Shown here: positions 1-12,400 of the stretch, in pieces
Layout: every line of letters starts with the position of its first letter
How positions within the stretch are numbered: the stretch's first letter is position 1
Assembly: GCF_963853765.1 (NCBI RefSeq)
Contig: NC_088858.1
Coordinates: 6,324,001-6,388,000 of the forward strand
Source: Magallana gigas
Taxonomy: Eukaryota
DNA: 64,000 nt
Direction of reading: 5' to 3'
Made by a program: the position numbers and the translations under genes
The notes under the pieces: generated by a model
What the model saw: only the letters and a program-made list of their open reading frames with translations
Database searches by the model: none
What the model was told of the DNA's origin: nothing

Positions 1-1032
1 GCATGCTATGCATCGATTGTAAAGAAAGCAAACTTCAGAAATATTAGCGAACAAAACACATGTTTATTTGTAATTTGTCTCATTATTTCGACCTTTATTT
101 AATATGATGTCAAAGTCGTAATACAAATATGACACCCGTCTTGTCGTCAGGGGTGAAATTTAACATGAGGCGAAATAACGCGGTACCCTTTTATATCGTT
201 TGTTTGTTAACAAATTTTGTACGGTTTTTTTCTTCATTGAAATTTGGCATAATTGACTAGAAAAAAATACTGCAAAGTCTATTATTATAAATATACTAAG
301 CATAACCATCGTTTAAAAGCGTGCATAAAATTTGATATAAAATCAGACCAAGCAGCTTTAATGAAACTGCCGCGACTGAATATTGTATGATTTTTTTTTT
401 CAAATTTTTATTCACTTTCGTTGTGAGCAAATGGAAATAATCCACCACTTAAGTCGAAGATAAAATATTGATTGACTCTTCTGTTTCATGATGACGTGCA
501 TTCCTAAAGCAATACCAGTTTTATCAAACAGGTTCTTGTAAACCATTCCGTTTTCTGTATACCTAAATGTATTAACTGACTATGAGGACAAAAGCAAGTG
601 TGATGGTCCACGAGACTGCAACTTTTCCCCCGTGAAGAAATTGAGGGAAAATGCTGTCGAGAGGGACAATAAACATACTACATGTATGCCTAAATAGTTA
701 GTAAAAACCTGATAAGTATTTTATCATACCAAAGCCTTTTTTGTTCTCGTTACTTTGAAAAATCTACAATATCTTTAAAGCACAATAATCCAATCCACAC
801 TTTTCAAAAGTTGTTCCCCTTTGCGGTGTCAACCCAAAGGTCAAAAAGGAAAAACCAAAATTCCTCTTCTTTATACAATATGGGCGTACTGTGATGAAAT
901 CGCTTTGGATTTGATTTATTCATTCAATATGTGGTGGCAACCCACAAATTTAATGAGTCATTCTGGGGCAATCAAAATACATAATATGTAGTACATGTAT
1001 TAACGAAAACGGAGTTTTAATGTCAATATTAT

Positions 1033-1104
1033 ATAGATGCAAACATAATTATAGATACAAACATATAGATACAAACATATAGATACAAACATATAGATAC
1101 AAAC
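1033..1104. repeat. 14-bp minisatellite (ATAGATACAAACAT) about 5 copies
   Basis: Unit read directly. The first copy is imperfect and followed by a 4-bp spacer. Confidence 0.9.
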
Positions 1105-1664
1105 TTCTATACTACAAAGGCTACTGTGATAAATCTATGGGGTTTCCCCAAAAGATGACGATAAAGAGACACAACATTTGTAAAGTGTGGATTGTAATCA
1201 CAACTACGATTTCCACAGAATTATTCATGCGGGAAACTCACGACCAGTTGTGCGAGTATGCGTAAAGTATTCGTACATGTATGAGATACTGGCTGTGGAT
1301 TTTCGACAACAATAATTACCATACATGTAATCTGTCACTTTCGAACGGCACCACCGTCTAACAGTACTTTCAGTACTTTGATTCTGCATTGTCGCTACCT
1401 TCATAACCCGCATGAATCACGAAAAAAAGCATTCTATTGTTTACATAACTACCAAAGAAGCATAATGATTCTACTATCTAGGTAAGTACAGTCAAATCAA
1501 ACATTCCAAACCAATGCCTGATTAGTGCAGTGAATCGAGAACAAAAAGAGAAAATAAAGCAGGTGCTGTAAACTTCAGTTAAACTGAGTTTTACTTATTT
1601 TACAATGATTGATAACTTCAACTTATATTAAATTAATATCTCTTATTTGCATGAATATAAGTGT

Positions 1665-1835
1665 AAGGGAGTCATTGACGTGGGAGGAAGCCAGAGTGCC
1701 TACAGAAAACCCATGTGTCTAAGTGGGTGACCTGTCATACCCTTCCACATACAACCACTGCCAATCATGGGAATCAAACCTGGGTCACATCGCTGAGAAG
1801 CGAGTGCATTGTCCACTGTGCTACTTTGGACAACC
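1665..1835 (-). mobile_element. tRNA-headed SINE with V-domain-like core, degenerate
   Basis: Minus strand has an A-box-like GTAGCACAGTGG and a B-box-like GGTTTGATTCCC, then GGGTTTTCTGTAGGCACTCTGGCTTCCTCCCAC. The latter resembles the V-SINE core GGGTTTCCTCCGGGTGCTCCGGTTTCCTCCCAC (recalled). Confidence 0.65.
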
Positions 1836-2148
1836 CTGTGAAGTTCTTATTATTATCAATTTATTCTATTAAACTGAGTTACAGTATATCAATTTGATAA
1901 ATTGTATGCAACTTTTCAAATGAAAGTAACAATTAATGCCTCTATCTGTCTATTGAATTTCACAGCATAAAGCCCGTTTAATTGCTCTATGAATATTTGA
2001 TATTCATTTCCCCCTGTGAAGTTATAACTATCGCTATTTATTTATCATTTAAACTGCATTATCAGATGGATTTCTGAATTCTAAAATTCACCACTGTTCC
2101 AATTTAAGCTAACATCCAACTCAATGAAAGCAATGGTAAGAGACAAAC

Positions 2149-2372
2149 TACTATGATTTCAACAATAGTTGTTGAATAACATTACCAATTTTGGTGGATT
2201 TTGTTGTTAAGTTGATCAACAAAAGTTAATGTTCGTATTGAAGTGCAATTTCTACTAACATTTTGTATTGATAGGAACATTGGCCATGAAATTACGTATC
2301 CTTGAAACTGTGTTTTTCATTGAACCCACCAAAGTTGATACCATACCCAAGATTATTAATGAAACTACAGTA
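2149..2372. mobile_element. Degenerate TA-flanked MITE (TACTGT...ACAGTA type)
   Basis: Right end ATTAATGAAACTACAGTA, decayed left end TACTATGATTTC. The same end architecture occurs at 21883-22103. Confidence 0.5.
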
Positions 2373-3054
2373 CATGGAGCTCTTCAGCCTTTCAAGTTGA
2401 GAGCAACAATCTGCTGCATACCCATAATATGAACTTTTCATCTAACCATGGTTATATGAACCATTTGGGTCAGAACAATATGAAGGGTCCTTATGTCATT
2501 TATTTAACACTCAATCCCTAAAAAGCACATTTCATTTTTTCCTTCTTGACTTTTAAGCCCACTTCTGCAAGTATGAAACTTTCACCATTGGTCATAAGAC
2601 CAAACACATTGGTAGAAGGTTGACCGTCACCAATGACTTTTTCCTTTCACCCAATCCCTTTTATCAATTTTTGTGAGTCAGAGAGTAAATAAAATGATTA
2701 CTATCAAATGTAGCAATAAGTATCTAATAGCTAATAGCTAAACAATCACAGCTAAACATAACTTCTAAGAAAGGTCTTATAATCTTTAAAATCTAATAAC
2801 CATTACCGGTATACATGAACTTCAATGTAATTTTATAGTTAAATCTGATATGTTGTGAGCATTTGATAAACAAGAAATGTTTTAGAGACATAAATGAACC
2901 CTGATGTAGCAAAATTGAAATGAGTCAACTTGAATGGACAAGCAACAGGTTCTTCAAAATCACATTCAAAAAGATGTTTCTGTGTGATATACTACAATAG
3001 TACTAGCTAGATTATTTCTACTTGTGTGAAAAGTACAAAAAGCATCTACAGACT

Positions 3055-3166
3055 TAGTCCTAAATACCTGACGTTTTTCTGGCTTTTTTAACGATTTTGA
3101 TATTTACTTGCCAGTAAATATCAAAATCGTTAAAAAAGCCAGATAAACGTCAGATATTTCGGACTA
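3055..3166. mobile_element. 112-bp palindromic MITE with 9-bp TSD
   Basis: 54-bp inverted arms with a few mismatches and a TGCC loop. CTACAGACT is duplicated at 3046-3054 and 3167-3175. Confidence 0.85.
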
Positions 3167-3378
3167 CTACAGACTCTGCAGACAGTAAATATGTGCTAGT
3201 TAGTTGTTAATAAAACCACACTCCATAAATCAATAGAACAAGTGAAATAGCTTTTAGTATGGTGCATATTATAATGAGTTTTAACATATGTCAGGTCTGT
3301 CCCAAATTAATTGATTTCTCCAAATATCAAGTAATTAGTACATGTACATTATAGACAATCCAACTTGTGTATACTATA

Positions 3379-3531
3379 CTGGCGTGCGACCAGTTCTCGC
3401 CGAGTACCATTTCTGAATTCTCGCCAGTACATTGTGACGTCATGTTATCAACACATAAAATTATAGACGAAAAATGACGTCACAATGTACTGGCGAGAAA
3501 TGGTACTCGGCGAGAACTGGTCGCACGCCAG
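3379..3531. mobile_element. 153-bp MITE with long TIRs and TA flanks (Tc1/mariner-like)
   Basis: CTGGCGTGCGACCAGTTCTCGCCGAGTACCATTTCT...GACGTCAT is inverted at the right end (one 7-bp indel), with TA on both sides. Confidence 0.8.
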
Positions 3532-4310
3532 TAGACATATAATTAGCAACCAAGTTTTAGTCTGGAAAAGGATTATTATTGCCCTTTAACATAATAATTA
3601 CAAATTGAATGAATAATCTGATTTTGCAATGTATTGACCCATGGAAGACTATTATATGATGTACAAGTATGCAGAATTTGTCTCGCTGAGCATTAATACA
3701 ATGTACATGTAAATAAATGTTATAAACATAAAGAAAGAGGGCAAAAACATTATCCATCAGATGGCATAACCAATTAAGTTCTTAACACGATAATTAATGT
3801 GTGTAGATTAAAATAAGTGTAAAAGCCTATGTGTTACACATTTATAACATTTTGAAATTTATTTTCAAGACATACCAATTATTATTCAGTAGCCACTCGC
3901 CACTGCATATATAGGCGTGGGTGACAGGAGCCTGACAGATGATAAGAATCTCTTTGATTAGTATCTATTTGTGTGCTGCGTTATCTAAATAATCTACGTT
4001 AATCTGATGATGTATTGATTTTAGTATGTCACCTTGCATTTCGACCATTTTCTTCGTTTAATGATCTAGTACTGCAAAAAAATACACAAAGTTTAAGCAT
4101 AACTGAAGGAATAAAATATAAATAACACGCTCAAATACTAAAAGAAACTTACGAAAGCTCATAGTCTGCAAACGAGCTCAATAGGAAAGGGGACCTCCGA
4201 CGTCGTCTCCATTTATAAACAATATGTTAATTTCCTGGGTGCGTTCGAGACACCAGTAGTCAATTCGTACCCAAGCGAACTCGTATCCTGGAGAATTTGT
4301 ACCCAACAAT

Positions 4311-4323
4311 GAAGAAGAAGAAG

Positions 4324-4353
<30 letters not shown>
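4311..4353. repeat. (GAA)14 microsatellite
   Basis: Read directly. Confidence 0.95.
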
Positions 4354-4354
<1 letters not shown>

Positions 4355-5233
4355 TAGAATGATATCATTACATGTCTTAAAGTTTTTTCATCCACAAAAA
4401 CTTCATCAAAATGCATTAATTCAGTAATATAACGTTATACTTTGTCCCGAGTTTTTGCTTCCTCCACTTTTCGCTTGATATTTAAATAATAATAAATACC
4501 TTTGTGCTCAAACTAATTTCATCCACTAATATGAAAAAAGTACAGATTATCTGTTTTCAAACTCCCCTCTACCGCTTCGGGTTTCAATACACATCCCAAA
4601 ATAGAAAGTCGACGGGGATTTAGCATTGCATCAGCCATTAATATGCCCGGATGATAACGTTGAAAAATTGCGCGAGGTGTCCTGAGTACTCCCGAATGGA
4701 GAAAAGGTGTAAACATTTCTCATTGTAAATCTCCGTAAGAAATTTGTTTTCGTTCCTGTAAACTTTTATGAGTGAAAAGGGATAATTTGTTAATGAAGAT
4801 ATCTTGGATATTTTCCATTTCATCGATTTCAACTGTACTTCTTTCAAAGGTATGTGCATTTTTATAAAAATCGTCAAAAAGTGATGGAAGCAATAACTTG
4901 GGACAGACTCGAAACTACGTGTTTGTCAAATCTTCAAGATACAATATATCAATCATTTCATTTCATTTTGAAAGAATCAAATGTTCATCAGTAAGTGTGC
5001 GATGGTGTTCGATTGTACAACTCTTTACAACTTCAACAACTTCCACATTTTGGTTAAAACTTAGTAGTTATTTTGGAGTCTTCAGTCTTTGTTTGTTTGT
5101 ATGTGAATATGTATCTAAATCTAAACAGTAGTAAATCAAATATGTATTCCAAAATTACCCTGGTTTGCTTTGGTTTAATTAATTTTGATGTAAATAATCT
5201 ATAAATGGCACCCAAAGCCGCAGGCTTAAAGAG

Positions 5234-6140
5234 GTTCGATCCTCTGATTTTGGGTAGCCATTTTGGATCACCTCTAGTCTGCAAATTCTGTGTCATACAT
5301 GAATTCTAATTATAAATTCTTTTTTTACAATGCCAAATAAACTATATTGAATAAAATAGTGGAGGAAAAATTATATATTTAGAGAGTGTGGTAAGGGACT
5401 ATATTTTGTGGCGGAAGGTTTTTTGGAAGAAAATGAACATTTTTCAGTTGTTTTAGAGTACTGTAATTTTAGCTTTCTTATTTTCCGTGCAGACCAAATT
5501 TTCAGATAGTTTATGCATTGGGATATCTTTGTGTTGTTTCAAAAAACATATTTCAATATTTCTATCGACAAATATTGGCATATTTAAGTGATATTTCATA
5601 AAGGTAAAGAAAAAATCAACTCCAATTTTCCCCTAAAATTAGCTTATTTCATGCCATATCTCAAAATTTACATTATAGACCCATACTTTTGGTTTTATTA
5701 TCTGAATATTTAAGTTTCTTTTGACAAGTCTGTCATAATTTGAGAAAAAGTTTGAGACTTTTAAATTATTTGATTGCATGTTGATTATGAATAATGAATA
5801 TGAATATGAATAAAAATAGTGGGGTTTTTTTCAGTGCAAAAAGGTCAAATTATCAATAAGGTGATTTCTTTATGATAATTTTATTAATTCTAAATGATAT
5901 AAATTTGTATTTGATACCATGGTTAATTTCGATAAAAAATCATAGAGGGAAAGTTATTTATGTGCAATTTGCACTTTCAGTGCAGAAAGGTCATATTAAA
6001 TACACCGTAGCATCGAAAGGAGCATATAGACCCCAAAATTTTGTTTTGAGTTTTGGTTTAGATTTGTGTGTACGTGTTAAAAAAATAAAAAAAATACTTT
6101 ATATAGAAAAAAAACTAAAAGACTTTTGATTACAGGATCC
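5234..6140 (+). mobile_element. About 0.9-kb interspersed repeat, copy 1 (non-autonomous element, class unresolved)
   Basis: Alignable end to end with 17307-18223, from GTTCGATCCTCTGATTTTGGGTAGCC to GACTTTTGAT..CAGGATCC. Short imperfect TIR GTT(C/G)GATCCT. No ORF. Confidence 0.8.
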
Positions 6141-6409
6141 CGAGATGATTTTGCACCACATTTTAATTTATCATTGAATATTCAATAATATCCGAGGATC
6201 CAAACAATTTATCGACTTCATGTAGATTTTTTGTTTAAATCTTCTTTTGCAATTTCTTGATGCATATTGGGTACGAGTTATTTTTGTCAGAAATTGATAC
6301 GTGATCGGGCTCGGCATCCCTGAAATACAAAACACCAAAACCCGAGAGCGTTGCTGCTCAAGATTGTTCTTTTATTTGCCGGTTGATTCTCTTTGACTGA
6401 ATTTGCAGA

Positions 6410-9400
6410 ATGTCTCGTCGTCGAAGAGACTCCAGCGATGAGGAAGACGGTAACTGCAAATAGTGTGACCTTTGTATTGTTATAAAAAGAATACAACTAA
6501 ACAAAAATTTACGAGAAAATGCAGACAAATTATTCACAATTGCTATTGTAGAAATTTCACCCTCAGTCTCATATGATTTTTATTTATCATTATTCTCCTA
6601 TTTAAGGAATTTATTGATGAATGTTATTCATATTTTGCATGCAACGTGGTAAAACTTTTTCCAAAGGTCTTACCTGTTAAAAAAAAATTAAACAGAATAT
6701 ACAGATCAGGTTCTACCAAATTACTGCTTATTGTATACCATTGCCCTATGGCCATTACTTTCTTTGAAGTTATCATGATTATTATTATAACTTTATCATT
6801 CACTTATACAGACTGTGATTGTTGGATGGAGAATAATTCAACTTTCTCTTTTAAATTTCTGTCTATTTGGCCCTCAGCTTATTTGTGATTCGTTATGGTA
6901 CTTTGTTTAGACCTATTCTCTTTTGAGAAGTGGACAGGCATAGCCTACATCCACTTCTCTTCGCAAGCCCTCATATTTTGATTCTGGAAAACGTGTAAAT
7001 GTCGGAACCAAAGACGGTTTACACTTCGACCCATGTTTCGACTCCAGTTTCCCTGAATTTTTGTAACAGACCTATTATTTCTACATTTTAAACATAAATG
7101 CATCCATATATTACAAACAAATCACCACTAACCCGCTTTCAAATCATTTTCTCAACTTCTACATTCCGGTTTTAAACTATGAGATCATTCGCTATAGGTG
7201 GTTTAAAAAGTAGAAAATTTAGAGTCGGAAAAAATGGAAAATAGTGTTTCGATTGTAGACTTTAGATTAAAGGTATTTTTCTTAAAATTTACAAAGCTAT
7301 ATAGAACGGTTTTACAATTTAAGACAAATTAACAAAATGCATACGATAAAACAAGTAACTTTGTCACATAAAACAATGAAAACTCTTTTATTTTAATCTT
7401 TCTTGTATGCTATATTAATCAATGTTCGTTTTATTGTTAAAAACAAATGTAGAACAAAATTTGTCACCATAAGAGATGATTAAAAAGGGAAGAAATACCA
7501 CTTTGTAATTATTTAACTCAGTATTTGTTTGCACATTGTAAGATTAAGTTGATTCAGTTACGTTTTCGACATTATTGTTTTAAATATGTTTCCAATTTTA
7601 TCCGAAACATAAACATTTAATCTGCACTGACCTAGATAAACAATGTGATGCACAAAATTTAAACCCGGGATGTAGAAGTTGCGAAAATGATTTGACAGCG
7701 GGTTATTATTGATTTTTTGTGATATATGGATGCAATAATGTTTAAAATGTAGAAATAGTAGGTCTGTTACGAAAATTCAGGGAAACTGGAGTCGAAACAT
7801 GAGTCGAAGCGTAAACCGTCTTTGGTTCCGACATTTACACGTTTTCCAGAATCAAAACATGAGGGCTTGCGAAGAGAAGTGGATGTAGGCTATGCCTGTC
7901 CACTTCTCAAAAGAGAATAGTTTAGACCCATTGCGATATATAAAAAAAGGAATATTGTAGTGTTTCTGATTCTATTGTAACTGAGTTAGAGCTTCCTGTG
8001 AGCAGAAACTGGTGTATTATGAATTCAGTGGAGATGCAATAATGCTAATGCAATTGTCATCGATATCTCTTTAGTTGGTCATTCTGCAAGAAAGCGCAGA
8101 AGGGGATCGGAGAATATAGACATTGAAGAAAGACTGGAATCCCTCATCACCCGAGTAGGAGAAAAGGTAAATTACCATAAACCTTAGAGTTATCGTCTTC
8201 ACCTTTGTATATAATTGGATTTTTACACTGCTTTTAATATCACTTGAAATTACATGACACAATATTATAAAATGTAGTTTTGCCTGTAGCTAAAGTAACA
8301 TTCAAGTACATGTATATTGATCTTTCCTAGAGTACTTCTTCTCTGGAAAGTAACTTGGAAGGACTAGCAAGTGTGTTGGAGGCAGATTTGGCGAATTATA
8401 AAACAAAGATAATGAGGATTTTATGTTCATGGTAAGTAATTGATAGAGTGTGATGAGCAATTTCCATACAATTGGTTTTTTTTTTAATATTAAACCAGAA
8501 TAAGCATTAGAGGATGAAAAGGAAATGTATTAGACTATAATCTAAAAATTTTAATTAGGAGATGACAAGCTGATTAAAAAAGGCAATAACAGTACACAGC
8601 TGCAAATTATTCATGTTAATTTTTTGTTGCTTTCTCTTTGCTAGCTTTTATGATAAATAAAATTTTACTTGCAGTGTTGTTAAGCTCCCAGAAAAGATGG
8701 CCGTCTATACCACTTTAGTTGGACTTCTGAATGCCAAGAACTATAACTGTGGTGGAGAAGTAAGTTACCTTTAAAATTTTAGAGAAAAAATATCTTTTAA
8801 TTTCATAAGTGGATTATACAGTTACATTATGCAATATTGAGCATCTGGATGATTGCAATCCAGTTTAAACCACTGGTATTTCTGGAAATTTTGTAGGAAT
8901 TCTTGAAACTTGAAGATAATAGGTTATACTCCATCATATTATTGTAGTTATTCTTTTCAGTTTGTAGAAATGCTAATCAGAAATCTAAAGGAATCCTTGA
9001 AGACAGGAGAATATGACAATGCAAAGTTGATTGTAAGTACTGGGTTTTTTTCACTAAAATTTGTAAGTAGTTAAAAAAGCATGTGACTACCATGAATGAA
9101 GTTGATTAAGGTAACAAAAATTGAGAATTTTCCTCAAAATTTTGTTTTTATTCTTGACAGTGGCAACAACCATGATCTTTGGTTAATATCTAAACAATAA
9201 ATATGACCTTTTAGATACAAACAGAACTGTTTTGAACTTTAGAACATCCTTGAACAGAATTTGAACATCATCATTAAGGCATTTTGGCCATTTTTGAACC
9301 TCAGAATGTTGGTTCAAGGTCAAAGATAACTTGGGTTGACTAAATCATATATTTGTTCAGTAATGATGTTGTGTTCACTCTTCTCTTGCAGGTTCGATTT

Positions 9401-12400
9401 TTAGCTGATTGTGTCAACTGTCATGTAATTGTAGCTGGTTCCCTCCTCTCCATGTTCGACAATTTCATAGAAGTAACACTGGAAGACAACATTCCTCAGG
9501 TAAATGAGCAAGTCATCCCTATTTAAATATATGTGTCAATTTTAAAAATAACATCAAGTTAGTGTTTTTATGCTTTTGAGTCATCATTATTTAAAATATG
9601 ATATTACAGGATTTTACATTTTAAATTGTTTTGTATAGTACTTTATGTAATTGTTCATAAGTGATAACAAATGAACTTTGTATATCTTACCTTGATTCTT
9701 TTGATTTCTTCACCTGATACACCTTGATTTTGTGAACAGGTGCGATCTGATTGGTATGTGTATGCAGTAATGTCTGCCCTACCCTGGGTAAGTACCAAGA
9801 CTCCCAAGTCATGTAATATTCTAGTAGTTGTAAGGAAAATGATGATAATGAATAAGGATAAATGATTAATGGTAAAATTTTATTGACCATTACAATGATA
9901 CAGTGAAGAGTATGTATTTAACAGTGAATAAAGATAAGTATTCAGGTAAAAATAATTCTGTTTTCTTGGTGAAATGGATTTTTGGGCTGTAGGTTGCTAA
10001 AGAACTGCATGAAAAGAAAGAAGCTGAATTCAACAAACTCCTATCAACCATTGACAACTATATCAGGTTTGTAAATGTAACGTCAGGAAATTTTGTTTTC
10101 AAAGAGTTAAAAGTAGAAAAAAAATTAAGTGAGTATACTGAGGTATTTTAATCAGGTGAAAATTTCTTTCGATTGTATAAGGCTGAAAGAAGACTTAATA
10201 TTCAGAATTCTCCACATCATAACATACATGTTCAGTATATTATAATAAGGTTCCTCAGTGGAATATTAAGATTGTATAATAATTGGTTTGCTTGTCAACA
10301 TCTTATTCCTGCAGCAAGAGACAAAAGATCCATGTCCCGGCCCTGAGAGTGTGGACATCTGATTTTCCTCACCCCCAGGAGGAGGTTTGTTTGCTATTTC
10401 ATTTGTTGTGATACATGTACTTGTTTGATTGACCACTGAGGCAAACATTAAAAGTCTTTAATCTACTTTAAGATAACATGTTTGTCTTTGGTTCAGTATG
10501 GTTGGTTGTAATTATTATTTCCTATTGCTCATTCATTGTGAATGAAATGTATTTAAAAACATGCGTGGTGAGATATTTTTCTCTTCCTCTATAGTATCTG
10601 GATTGCCTCTGGGCCCAAATCAAGAATCTGAGGGCCAACAAATGGTCAGAGAAACAAATAGTGCGGCCGTACCTGGCCTTTGATGGAGTGTTATGTGAGG
10701 CTTTGCAGCACACTCTTCCCCAGATTATACCCCCCTCACACAACGAGGAAACTACCTACCCCCTCCCCAGGGTCGTCTTTAGGATGTTTGACTACACAGA
10801 TGTACCTGAGGTAGGGGCTTGTTGACAGAATCACTTGAATGTTGGCAAATGGTACCAATATTTAGACACATGTATATGTATTTCAACTTCTGTTCCATGA
10901 CATCCCCTGTAGTACTGTAATTACTAGACAGAAATACCCTCCTGAAGTGGTTAGGATTTTTGACTCTTGCTGTTTTTGTCTTAAATTATTCATATGTAAG
11001 TATCTGTGAAAAAAAATTGGTGCAGCAAAAAAAATGGTTACCGTTAATTGTTTAAAGTAAAATATACTTTATTCCAATCTATTGTACAATAAAAACAAAA
11101 GTTTTTGAAGAGTTGTCAGTGCAATGGTTTATTTATACATGTACTAAGTGTGAATCAGTAAACGATATCATACTAGGTCTTATTTCTTAAGATGGAGTGT
11201 TCTTTTATTTCAGGGTCCTGTGTTACCCGGGAGCCACTCCATTGAGAGATACTTGATTGAGGAACAGATTGACAGGATACTCCGTACAAACTTTGCAGAG
11301 CGCAAGGATTGGTAAGTCATTCTAATGGATATATTAGTACATGTACATGTAAATGATACATATTGATACAAAAGAAGCTTAGATTTGATGTGCTAATTAA
11401 TGAGTAAGCTAAACTATGAATGAGAACGTTTGCAATAAATTTCAAGTGTTTTAATTTATGTACGTTAACAGTACGGTGTATATTTCAAACTTATTGTCAC
11501 ATGTAAATTTTGAGCTTTGTATGTCAGGCATGTTGCTAAATGTTATATAATTTACAAAAGCATTGTGATTTGTAATGTACAAATGTACATTGTACATGTG
11601 TTTGTGAGATAAGCAGTTTTATTCTTATTATTTCAGTGCTGCAGCATTACTCAGCTTTCCTTCTAAGAACAAGATTCCCCTGAATTACATGATTGTAGAG
11701 GTATGACCTACACTTGTCCATTTATCTTATTGCTTATATATTTTATATTTACTCTGTATGATGTGCATTACATTTCTGGGGTGTGTTTTACAGGTGATGT
11801 TTTCTCAGCTGTTTCTGCTGCCAGTGCCCCCCTACCTAGAGATCTTCTATGGCTCCCTACTGATTGAACTCTGTAAACTACAGCCAGGATCCATGCCCCA
11901 AGTTGTATCCTTTTTACAGAGTTGCATTATTTTGTCACAAAACATAGTAAATAATTCTACAGTAAAAGTAGAAGTTACGTTATTGAAAATACAGATACCA
12001 GCAAGTGGTCTGACTCAGTAAGAGAAAACTTTGTGTGGAATATTACGTATGAATGACTTTTTCTTTGATTTTCTTAACCGTCATAGTTAGCTCAAGCCAC
12101 AGAAATGTTGTATGAGAGAATTGACACCATGAATGTGACTTGTATTGAGAGGTATGTAAATCTAGATCAGATGTGGTGTTATTCATATACATTTATCAAT
12201 AAGTTAGCCAGTAAATGGGATACTGTTAAACTGAGGTGATATTGATATTAAACAAATATTTGATTATTCTCCCTAGATTTTCTAATTGGTTTGCCTACCA
12301 CTTGAGTAACTTCCAGTTCCGCTGGAGCTGGGATGACTGGTCCACCTGTTGTCAGATGGACCCAGAGTTACCCAAACCCAAGTTTGTGAAGGAAGTGCTT

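Noticed and set aside
600-735. Tract resembling a recalled non-autonomous Crypton-like repeat end (GAGGGAAAATGCTGTCGAGAGGGACAATAAAC...TCATACC)
   Set aside because: Resemblance from memory only. No partner end or second copy in the window.
1450-1490. Consensus donor TAG/GTAAGT on the plus strand
   Set aside because: No linked exon or ORF could be established. A lone donor motif is insufficient.
1225-6496. Short ORFs of 60-85 aa in the ORF track upstream of NCBP1
   Set aside because: No recognisable domains. They are AT-rich, low-complexity translations, several inside repeats.
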